Shown here piece by piece: positions 1 through 10,009 of a stretch of DNA of 17,672 nt. Under the pieces are notes generated by a model that searched no databases, had not been told where the DNA came from, and saw nothing but the letters and a program-made list of their open reading frames with translations. Position 1 is the stretch's first letter; each line of letters starts with the position of its first letter. Origin of the DNA: Vitrella brassicaformis CCMP3155 (Eukaryota; Protista; Chromerida); assembly GCA_001179505.1 (NCBI GenBank), contig CDMY01000818.1, positions 1 to 17,672 of the forward strand. The letters run 5' to 3'. Made by a program: the position numbers and the translations under genes.

Positions 1-660
1 AGAAAGACATCAACCTCGCCCAGGTCCTTCGTCGCAAACACGCTCGACAGCTGCTGCTTGAACCAGGTGACCCCCTTTTGTTCGCTGACGATGAGAATGT
101 CGTCGATGAACACCACAAGAAGGATGTTGTTGTCCTTGTGTAGGTATATAGAGGGCTCCTGAGGGTGGCGAATGAACCCTCTATCGAGTAGTTGGTTATA
201 AAGGGTGATGTTCTATGCGTGCGGGGCTTCCTTCAGGTCATACAACGCCTTCCGTAGACGAACAACATGGCCGGGCTTCTCATATCCAAGTGGGCACCTA
301 ATAAAGACAGGCTTGTCCAGCGGAGGTTGAGGAATGCTGTACTGATGTCCATCTGATGGATCTCCAGATTGAGTTGATTTGCCAGGGCAAACGCCGATCG
401 AACAATGTGGTAGGAGGGCGTAGGAGAAAACACGTCATCCACTTGGTTGCCGTCTTGTTTAAATCCTCTTGCGACGATGCGGGCCTTGTACTTGTCAGGC
501 TTGAGAGCAAATACCCATCTGCATAAGATGATTTTGGTCGTTGCGGCTTTCTCCGGCATGTACTCAAACACTCTCAGGTCTTCAATCGACTTCATCTCAC
601 GGTCCATGGCTTCTTTCCATTGATCTGCTGCTGCTGATTTGATTGCTTGGTTATAGGTCT
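1..660 (-). pseudogene. Copia reverse transcriptase (RVT_2-type), disabled
   Basis: Motifs read: W..AM..EM.S, CRWVF, YKARIVARGF.Q, FSP, HQMDISTAFLN. After a 1-nt frameshift at 324-326: PLDKPVFIRCPLGY...RLRKALYDLKEAPHA*N...LLVVFIDDILIV...KDLGE. Catalytic FIDD is at 99-110. Confidence 0.93.
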
Positions 661-1079
661 TTGGTATGGTTGGCTGGAATAGTTGTGAGAGTGGTGGGTC
701 ATCTGCAATATTGTCGTCTTCCAATGGGTCTTCTGTCATCTCGCCATCTTCATTCACAAAGAGCAGGTCAGGATGATTAAAGAAGTGGTCTTCATAGATG
801 CGTCCAGGGATGCGTCGCTCATCCGTTGTTCTTGTCTTTCTGGTCTGTTGATCAGCAGTCTCTTTCTCCCCCTCTTAACCATTGCCATCTTCTTCAATGA
901 TCTTCATGTCATCTTGGATGTCATTTGTCTCCTGATGCTGGTGTGATTTATTGTTGTCGTCGTGGATGTCTTCGATTGCTGGTAAAGGCTTATTCACAGA
1001 TGTCTCGGGTCGTTGTGGATAGATGAGATCGATTGTTGGTGGTGCTCGTGGTTTCTTCTCTTGTCCAAGCAGTATCGCC

Positions 1080-1960
1080 TCGTCAAACATCACATCGCGT
1101 GACAGCACTAATTGCCGTGTGTCCGGCAAGTACACCAGATAGCCGTCTTTAGTCGTTGGGTTTACCAAGTAAGATGCCGATCTGCGTGCAAGGGTCCATC
1201 TTACTAATCGTCTCTTTCCTCTGGTTGATGTGTGCCTTGCAGCCGAAGATGCGGATGTGGCCGACATCGGGTGGATAGCCGATGAAGAGCTCATGTGGTG
1301 TCTTTATTCCTTCGTTGGCTGCGGTCGGCGTGCAGTTCTTGATTTACGTCGCTGTGGCCGTCGCATAACACCAATACGATACGGGTAAGCTGGCAGTGAA
1401 CAGCAGTGCACGCGCCATAGCACAAATCACACCAATGGCTCGCTCAGCCACTCCATTTTGGGACTGATGATATAGTGGACTCCTCTCTTGTCGTATCTGG
1501 TTTGTCTGGCAGAATTCTTTCCACTGGCCCTTGATAAGCTCCGCCCCACCGTCTGTCCTCACTGCCTTGGGCATGCGGACTGCAGTGCAGTACTGGATGA
1601 ATGTCGCAGGGGCATCTGATTTCTTCTTCAGGAAGTAAGTCTACAGCCACCTTGATGCATCGTCGACTACCACCATCAGATACTTGTGTCCTCTCTCGCT
1701 TGGCTGCTTGGTCTGTGACAGGTCGACGTTCATGAGATCACCAGGGTGTTGGTGTCGATACGCATCCCCTGCATACGGCAGTCGCTTCATCTTGACCTTC
1801 AAACACACTTCACACTTGGTCTTCTCGTCGTCATTGTTGTTCTCCTTCTTTGTCGTTGGTGCGTGTCTTGTCACTTCAGGTAGTTTCTTGAGATGGATAT
1901 GAGAAGAGGCGGGGCTGGTTCGCTGCAGCTGCGTCAACACACAAGAGATCTGTCCGGCCT
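1080..1960 (-). pseudogene. Copia integrase (Zn-finger remnant, rve core, SH3-like), disabled
   Basis: CEVC; MNVDL (D); VVVDDASRWL*TYFLKKKSDA; VRTDGGAE (D); SQNGVAER (E); LPVSYW; KTPHELF; IRIFGCKA; GILLG then a frameshift into GYLVY..SRDVMFDE. Confidence 0.93.
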
Positions 1961-2366
1961 TCTGTTCCATCACGGAACATCGTGACTGATGCAAACAGAG
2001 TTTCTGACTGATGTGAAGGACCTTCCTCTAAGCCCGGGTGATCCACGGTGCCGACCCAAGCAGATCCGGGAGCAGCAACGGTTTCACGGAAAGTCAAAGG
2101 TGGCCCTAAAGCCTGGTCCCATGTCTTTCACGCACAACCAAACGAACGAACACGCAACAGGAATCACCCAGGCACGCTCCGGGAGGATCTGCGAGCTTAG
2201 CTTGGAGATGCATGGCACCATCCCGCGCCGAAAGAAAGATCACAGAAGTGTGCTCTGGCTGATGAAGACCAATATGGAGATCTGAAGGTCGGCATGCGTC
2301 ATCACTCATGATGTGTTCATGTTCGTCATCAGGCGTGTGTTTGCTTGCTGTGTGCGCTGCTCACAG

Positions 2367-3080
2367 GTTGTCATCAGGCGCCCACGTGCTGCAAGGTCAG
2401 CAAGACAACAAGCGAATTAATTGCAGGAGTGAATGTCACACATACGTTGCCTCTGTGTGTGTGTGTGTGTGTGTGTGCAGTGACGGCAAGGTGGGTGTGA
2501 GAGAGAGGATACACACGAGTAGACGGGCATGCAGTCAACGAACAAACACAATGCATGCGCGGTCGGGGTTGGTGCAGGAGGGTCGCTCGCTTCAAGTGCA
2601 TGCGTGCCAGATCCTGCTTGGTACACAGGTCAGTAGGCAACGAGAGAGAAAAGGGTTCGTTCTCTTCCGCACGGATGATATATACACATGCATATATATA
2701 TATGAGGTCCCCGTCTGTCTGTCTGTCGGCCTATGTATTATTATGTGCAGCGAGCGAGCAGGACAAAGGACCACCTGGCCGGCCTACACAGGCACGTGAT
2801 CTATAGATTATTGGTACGTGTGTACGAACGTCCATACAGTGAGTGCACAGATCCGTCCACCCACGCGGACACAAATCCATGCATACATGCACATGCGAGT
2901 GTGTCTAGGCGTGCAGTGCTGCTCCCATGTTGGAGAAGGTACACATACATACATACACACGCACTCTCTCCCGCTCTGCCGGCCACAGACACCCAGAAAT
3001 TCACTTGTGCGTATCATCGCCTTCTGCAGGTGATTTGGATGGATGTGCCCCTATCCATGACGCACCTCATCGACCACTAT
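2367..3080 (+). CDS. Candidate intron-rich host gene segment (six small exons), unknown product
   Basis: Canonical AG/GT-bounded exons 2367-2395, 2481-2490, 2578-2628, 2751-2813, 2909-2938 and 3030-3080 join in phase with no stop: VVIRRPRAASDGKEGRSLQVHACQILLGTQRASRTKDHLAGLHRHVIYRLLACSAAPMLEKVIWMDVPLSMTHLIDHY. The introns are microsatellite-rich. Splice sites were chosen by eye, so overfitting is possible. Confidence 0.45.
2454..2477. repeat. (GT)n microsatellite
   Basis: Uninterrupted TG/GT run lying immediately upstream of a CAG acceptor. Confidence 0.95.
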
Positions 3081-4708
3081 GTATGTACACACACGCCCAC
3101 CCACAATGAGCACCCAGACATACGCGTACCCATTGTGTGTGCAGGTGTCAGTCAACGGCTGCCCACATGCCTGCCCATTTTGGATCGCTTCCGATGGAAA
3201 CGCGTCAGAGACACTGACGGGGAGCAAGTATCGACGTCGCACGCACGCAGTTGTGCACGGAAGACGCCTATTCACTCTTCGGTTTTCTTCCCTGTCTGTC
3301 AGTTGCCCCTACTGTCTCTGCCTCCTTTGCTGCTTGGCCATGGTGCCTTCGTTTGATGGCATGCACGAGCTCAGACACACGAGAGGCCACCGCCAGATGG
3401 CACCAGGCAAGTGTTCGCATACACGCACATGTTTCCGTCTGTCTGTCTGTCTGCATTCCTCCATTCATCCATGGGTCGATGTGGGTGCGCCTTTTATGTG
3501 ATCCATCAGGGTGAGTGGAAGGTGACCCACGACAGCTGCATAAAAGAGGTACCTGGTGGATGCGGGCACATCCTTCGTTCCTGCAGCAGTTCTGTCCACC
3601 AGGCACTCATTGCCATGGCTGCACCAGGCAGAGACGACTTCGGCAAGGTGACTTTGAATGCACATTATGTGCACATGATGCATGCATGCATGAATGTATC
3701 GATTTGCACTTGCACCTCGGTGTATCTCATGTAGGTATCGAGCGAGCAGCAACAAGGACGACAAGGCCAGCTTCATAGCCTACACCACAAGCAGAAACAC
3801 CAACAGGTAGGTGCGTAGTTGCACTCACTCCCAGTCGCTCCCTCCCCCTTACACACGTCTGTCCGCCCATTGAATGTCAGAACTTTCTAGCTCCTCAACA
3901 AACAACGTTACCAATACCCAGGAGGAAGAGGAGCTGATTGTCACCACTGAAGACCAAAAGTGGATGCTCAAACAGGAATCACTCATTCATCCAGGTGCGT
4001 GCATGTACGTGCGGATGTGCGTGCGGGAGGGAACTTCGCCATGGATTCCCTAAATCAGGGTATGGAAACAAGACGGGCGTCTCGTGCGTCGGTTAGCGGA
4101 TCGACTAAGCGTACACTTACAGGGACTCATCCGCAGGTATGTCAGCATGTATATATGTATTATTGTCATGGGTGGGTGGGGTGTGTGTGTGAAGGACGTT
4201 CACGCCTTTGCCGCGTGCACCGGTGGTTGTGGGTGGCGCTGACCGCCAGTAGAGGCAGGTATGGATGGATGGATGGATGGACAGACATATCGTGCGAACG
4301 CCTTTGCAGTGCTGACCCAGGTACACATACACCTACACACAACACATATTACACGTGCACCGAATCCATCCATGTGTGTGTGGCTGTCTGCGCGTCTGCC
4401 TGCAGCACGTGCTGCAGCGGGGATGACGACCAGGACCATAATCATATATGGTCACGACAACGACCATGTTGAGTGTGAGGATGAGTGGACGGAGGGAAGG
4501 GCACTCAGACAGACAGGTGCCTGCCTGCCTGCTATGCAATACGCAATATGCCCACAAGTAGGGACCCCTCAAGGGATCGCTCCCTAATGACTCCGCCATA
4601 TATTTGCATTTGCAAAGGTAAACGCACACACAAGGATGCGCGCAAACATCGACCACAGCAGGGCACATCCATTCATTCGTTGGTGTACGGACGTTCACAT
4701 TTGGTCAG

Positions 4709-5372
4709 ATGCAGCGCGTGCAGAGCGATGACGAGTCAGTCCATCACCCCGCAAGCAAGACAACAACAGCACGCCCGCCCGCCCGCAGACGAAACAAACG
4801 GTACATGTACACACACATCGACCCATTCACCCACACCTGCATGATCCATGTGCATTTGTATATTGATCTGTCCGTCCCGTCCAGACACGCCTCTGCCCCC
4901 CAGCACGGCCGGCAAGAAGAAGAAACGCAGCAAAAAGAAAAACAAGAAACCGGAAGAGGTGAGGGGATGGGTGGGTGGGATTGCACGCACACCAACAGGA
5001 TTTGTGTGCGTCTCTCTCCTCTCTGTGTACATGTGTCTATGGGTGAGTGACAGTCTTTGCTTGACGAGGCCGCGCAGCTGCCAGGCAGCTGAGGAGGCCG
5101 CACAGATGCAGGTATCCATCCATCTTTCTATGCGCACACAACACGTTCATGGTTGTGCGTCCGTGCGTGCAGCCTTCTGTGTCTCGCCCTCCCCCTACAC
5201 CCACGAGCTCATGCCCGCATACACCTCACAGGCTAAAGGTCAGAATGCCCTCACCTGTTCATTCACAAGCGCCACTGTACGCGTGCACGCGTGTATTTGT
5301 GTGAATGTGTGTGCAGAGGTGCGAGCTCTGCTGGCCAAGGCAGCTGAGAAGCTGGAAAAGGATCGGAAATGA
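4709..5372 (+). pseudogene. Candidate spliced gene or pseudogene segment: Lys/Arg-rich NLS-like tract followed by an Ala/Glu/Lys helical tract
   Basis: Exons 4709-4800, 4904-4958, 5054(or 5085)-5111, 5232-5238 and 5317-5372 give ...RRRNKR|TAGKKKKRSKKKNKKPEE|SLLDEAAQL/xQAAEEAAQMQ|AK|EVRALLAKAAEKLEKDRK*. The phases match (2/1, 0, 0, 1/2). The 5054 acceptor needs one frameshift; the 5085 acceptor needs none. Further exon-like pieces occur at 3881-3993 and 5843-5886. Confidence 0.5.
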
Positions 5373-5610
5373 TGCGAGATCGGTACGCACACACACATAG
5401 GGCACCCAACCACATAAAAATGTGATATGTGGAATGTGCAGGCTCCCGTTTGTTGACTGGTTTCCCGACTGGGGTGCGTCGTGACATGAGCGGCCTCAAC
5501 TGCAGACAGGTGTTCATCGTCTTCATGGTAGTCACACATGCACCCACACAAAAAGATAGATAGATGCACACGTGCTCGGAATGGTCAGGTGGGCAAAGGA
5601 ATCGATACAC

Positions 5611-5677
5611 GGATGGATAGAGGGATGGATAGATGGACGGATGGATGGATGCCATTGGATGGATGGATGGATGGATG
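5611..5677. repeat. (GATG)n microsatellite tract, imperfect
   Basis: Repeated ggat/gatg units. Confidence 0.9.
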
Positions 5678-6181
5678 AGTTATTCGTGTTTGGTGTTTTG
5701 TTGGTGCCATGACCACCATGTTTTGCTACGATGTGGACGCCGGGTAAGTGGACAAGTGTCCGCCCACTCACGTACATGTGTACATGTATCAATGTTTGTT
5801 GCATGTATATATGTCGTGTGGGATTGACGGCTTCAACCACAGCGTCGAGAGCTGAGAGACTCCATCGAAAGCGTCAACTTCCTCAGGTAAGTACCCATAA
5901 ACTCATCTATAGACCATTTCTTCGTGAATGTCTGAATGCCTGTGTGTGCGTCTGGTTGCTAACAAACCACCAGGGTTACTGGAAGAGCCACACAAATGGT
6001 GCCGCAGAAGGGCATACACGCCATCTTCTGTGTGTCCCTTTCGTGTGTTGGCTGCTTGTGTTGCTTGTTGGCCTTCGTGAGGACATCAGACGTTCTATCC
6101 GACCGTGAGGCCATTCGCCCTACGCGTGAACCTCCCTCCTAGAGCCGGCCCGGCTCTACGAGGTGATCGACCCTTACTCAA

Positions 6182-6246
6182 TTGACTGACTGACCGCGTG
6201 ATTGACTGATTGACTGACTGACTGAATGAATGAATGATTGAGTGAC
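6182..6246. repeat. Compound tetranucleotide array (GACT)n grading into (GAAT)n
   Basis: ttgactgactgac...gactgactgactgaatgaatgaatgattgagtgact. Confidence 0.9.
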
Positions 6247-6361
6247 TCCTGGTCGTTTGCCGGTCGTCATCGTGTCGCCGTTGGTTGTTGTGTGTGTGTC
6301 GTTCAGCTGCAGCGGGCCTGTATGCGATGGAGAAGAAGCAAGCTGCGTGAACGACACACAC

Positions 6362-6857
6362 CTACACACACACACACACACACACACATGGAGAGAGAGG
6401 GGTGCAAGGGGTCCATGTGGCTGTTTTCTGTGTGTGAGGCAAGGCGTCTCACTGACCGTCTGGGTGCATTGTGTGCAATGAGACCGTTTGTGTGACCGAT
6501 GGACGATTGAATGGGTCAATGGGCGCCGTGGCTGGGGGGCAGTCAGTGTCTATTGGGGTGGGGTAGGTGCGTGTTGTCTGTCTTTCTCTCTCTCTGTCTG
6601 TCTCCATCCATGAGTGCTCTGTGGTGCTGTGATCAGACCGATTGATGTGTGTGAGAGCGAGCAAATGCACACACAGCAGACAGAGACAGAGAGAGGGGCG
6701 ATGTGGGCGTGGCGTGTGTGCGGTTACAGAGAGGCCATGAAATGAAGGCTGCATGCCGCTGTTTTTATGTGAGTGTTTTGTGTGTGGGGAAGTGACTCGA
6801 CTGATCGGTGGCGGGTGGGTGGGTGCCTACGTGACGTACACTAATTCATTGGACACA

Positions 6858-6893
<36 letters not shown>

Positions 6894-6896
6894 CTG
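6362..6896. repeat. Diverged direct repeat, copy 1 (pairs with 7844-8379)
   Basis: Collinear with copy 2 at a spacing of ~1480 bp. 6804-6863 is identical to 8275-8334 (60 bp). ~6430-6505 differs from ~7910-7986 at two positions. Confidence 0.9.
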
Positions 6897-7843
6897 ACAG
6901 TGTATGTGTGTCGGGCCATAGGCAGTTTTGGCTGTGGTCGGCTGACTCACAGGCAGGCGGTGGCCATCGCTACTCAGACTCATGTGTGGTTTGACCTGGG
7001 CGGCTGCGTTGCGTTGGGGGGCGTCTTGTGTGGGTCCTTCTCGCCAGTTTGGATCGTTTTGATGGCTTTCACTCTGTCTGTTTGTCTGTCTGCCACGCCG
7101 CACCGTCACGAGCGCCGTAGATCAGGCAGCGAAGCATCAGGGGCACACCCAGGGGACTCCCCTGTGTGCGCAGTGCGCTGGTGGGGTCAGCCAGGTGTTT
7201 TGCCATCAGTGTGAGAGCCTGACTCGACGTCTCTTGGTGGGTCGCTCATATGTTGTGGCTGCGTTGGTGTGAGTGTTTTGGTGCTCGAGGCACACGACAA
7301 TTACTTTTGCCACCACACGCGCCTCTCTCTCTTTCTCTCTCTCTCTGTCTGTGTGTGTATGTGACTGTGCGATTTGACTCACTCGATGAGGTTACTGATC
7401 ATCAGACTGATCGATGTGTGTCGGCCGGGTGAGCGGCTGCTCTCGTGTTGGTCTGATTCGCTGTGTGTCTGGTCGGCGGTTTCATAGCGACGACCGCACG
7501 GCCACTGCACACCGCTGTGTGTGTGTGTCTGTGTGTTTGTGTGTTTGTGTGTGTGTTGGGCTGGACGGTGTCGAGTGACTTATGCTTTGTGAGCTCATGT
7601 GGTGCGGAGTGGTGTGTGCCGCTGTATGTCTTTTTCTCTCTCTCTCGGCTGCGTCCGGCCCCTTTGCAGGCAGCCCGTGTTGACCTGGATCTGATACACT
7701 TTTGTGTGTGTGTGGTGACACCTCCCTCCCTCCCTCCATCCATCCCTCTCTGTCTGTCTGTCTGTGGGCGTGGTTGGGTGGTTGAGAGAGGGAGAGGGGG
7801 GAGCGGTGCATTAGTACACTTTGATCATCGCCCAGCCAGCAGT

Positions 7844-8335
7844 CACACACACACACAGAGAGAGACAGAGAGAGAGAGAGGGGTGCGAGGGGTTCATGTG
7901 GCTGCTTTCTGTGTGTGAGGCAAGGCGTCTCACTGACCGCCTGGGTGCATTGTGTGCAATGAGACCGTTTGTGTGGCCGATGGACGAATGGTTCAATGGG
8001 CGCGGTGGCCGGGGGGCGGTCGGTGTCTGATGGGGTGGGGTGCGTGCGTGTTGTGTCTGTCTCTCTTTCTCTCTGTTTGCTGCCTCCGTCCATGAGTGGT
8101 CTGTAGTGATGTCATCTGACCGATCGATGTGTGTGAGAGCCGCCAAATGCACACACAGCACACACAACAGGGAGGGGGACGATATGGCGGTTCAGAGAGG
8201 CCATTAGATGGGGGCTGCATGGCGTTGTTTTTCTGATGTGAGTGGCTTGTGAGTGTGGAGAACTGACTCGACTCATCGGTGGCGGGTGGGTGGGTGCCTA
8301 CGTGACGTACACTAATTCATTGGACACATCTCTCC

Positions 8336-8372
<37 letters not shown>

Positions 8373-8379
8373 TGTGCTG
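7844..8379. repeat. Diverged direct repeat, copy 2
   Basis: Same alignment as copy 1; similarity continues weakly as 7322-7520 vs 8340-8550. Confidence 0.9.
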
Positions 8380-8681
8380 TGCAATGGACTCATTCGATAA
8401 TTATAAGTCGATAAGGTGATTGATCGTCAGAGCGATCGATGTGTGTCCGCTGGGTGGCCGGCTGTCTGTGTGAGGGGGTTTCTTCAGGCAAACGGGCATT
8501 CACGCGAATGAATCGGTCTCATCAGTGGTCGACCGACCACTGCACACCCACACCAACACGTACAAAGCAATACAGCCAACACCCACCCACACACACACAC
8601 ACAGACACACACGCATAGAAAGATGTCGGTAGGTAGCCGGACAAACAAATGCACCCCCGCACTGCGAATTCTCAGAGGCCA

Positions 8682-8731
8682 CCACACGCATGGCATGCCA
8701 TGCGTGTGGGCGGCATGCCATGCGTGTGGGC
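8682..8731. repeat. Perfect 28-bp palindrome with a tandemly duplicated 20-mer
   Basis: ccacacgcatggca|tgccatgcgtgtgg at 8682-8709; ggcatgccatgcgtgtgggc occurs at 8692-8711 and at 8712-8731. Confidence 0.95.
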
Positions 8732-10009
8732 GTACAAAATGGCCGCCCGTCCCGTCAGAGTCCAGCTCTCGTCGAATGCACCTGTCCGACTGTCGTACAC
8801 AACAAGGCAAACAGTGGGCATCCCCCTCACACACACAGCTAGAGGACTCAATCAACCTCTGATCGTCTGACTGGGTGTCACTCTGTTGACGCCGAAAAGA
8901 CTCATGGATGGTATCCGTCTGCCGGTCGAAGCTTAGCTAACCAAAAGTAGCGGCGCTGCCGTCTGGTCGACACCCGGCTGTTTGATGGCTGCGCTCTGCT
9001 CGATGGTCAAGACGGACTGCCATTGGCCTCGCCACCACTCTGACGCCACACACAGACAGACAGACAAACAGACAGACAGGCGGGCAGGCAGCCAAATTAA
9101 ACAGACAGACACATATACGACGTCTGTCTGTCTGTCTCTGCCCCCATCCCTCTTTCGTGTGTGTGTTGTGTGTTCGGTTGGAGTTCGGTCAGCGGACATG
9201 CACACGGCCGACCACACACGTGAATCGGTCTCACCACTCCTTGACCACTGCACACAGACACACACACACACACATTCCAGCCGTCCATGCGATCAGTGCA
9301 CACGTTTGTCTGCACTGAGGCTGTTACAAAAGTGTCATGGTGCGGATGTCCTCTCTCTGGTAACGGTCAAACCCACACGCGAAGCATACCAGCCATCCAT
9401 ACGCGCAGCCAAACACACCAGACAACCAACTGATCTCAGCCAACCGAGAGAGAGAGAGAGGTAGCCAGCCACACACATGCTTTCGTGCCGTCCGCTCTGA
9501 GTGAGAGTCCCGTGTTCCCCTGACTGATGTGCGGGTCAAATGCATGTGCTGTCTGCCTCAGTATGTGATCGGCGAGGGGACGGACCTTGTGGCGGATACG
9601 TAGGCACACACCGGGAGGCTAGAGAGACAACACAGACGGACAGACAGGCAGATCTCAAGCAGATATGCGTGCATGTAATCCCAGTGAGACATGACCCTCA
9701 AAAGCATCCCAAGACATGCATCCGGCCAGTCGGGAAGAGGGGAGAGGAGTAGGTCAGCACAGGGATGAGTCCTGGAAGGACGAGGAGGCACATGGACTCA
9801 GAGAGAGAGCAAGATCTGGCTGAGGGAAGATGATGCAAGAAGGGTAGCTAGCTGTCGTACGAGTACTCGTGTCGCCTCGCTGAGGACTCACCGGGAGGGT
9901 GGCCAGCTGGGCGACGTACTCGTTTTCCACCATCACTCACATGCGCACTCCACCATCATTCTGCGGCTCCAAACCTGCCGAAGGGAATATGGTCGGAAGG
10001 ACCAAGGAT

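Larger units (their letters stand above)
1..2280 (-). mobile_element. Degenerate Ty1/Copia LTR retrotransposon pol remnant (integrase before RT), running off the left edge; no gag or LTR recognised
   Basis: Minus-strand frames join into the Copia domain order: degraded WHRRLGH-like motif (WNRR/GQIS, ~1950), CEVC, integrase core, SH3-like GYLVY..SRDVMFDE, acidic linker, PKTYNQA, then RT. Disablements read by hand: TAG 1641-1643, TAA 1344-1346, frameshift ~1165, TAA 875-877, frameshift ~325, TAG 213-215. The 1960-2280 part (possible protease remnant) is weak. Confidence 0.95.

Noticed and set aside
213-1643. Two TGG-to-TAG stops and other G-to-A/C-to-T changes in Copia, suggesting RIP- or APOBEC-like hypermutation
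   Set aside because: There are too few events, the contexts are mixed (CpG changes and transversions such as TAC-to-TAA), and no consensus is available for comparison.
2751-3790. Similarity between 2751-2791 and 3738-3788 (gagcgagca...aaggac...gcctacac)
   Set aside because: The match is short and gapped; I cannot distinguish exon duplication from chance.
2308-9791. Dozens of 60-200 aa ORFs rich in C/V/H/T
   Set aside because: They are translations of (GT/CA)n, (GACA)n and (ATCC)n microsatellites, which lack stop codons; no domain motifs are present.
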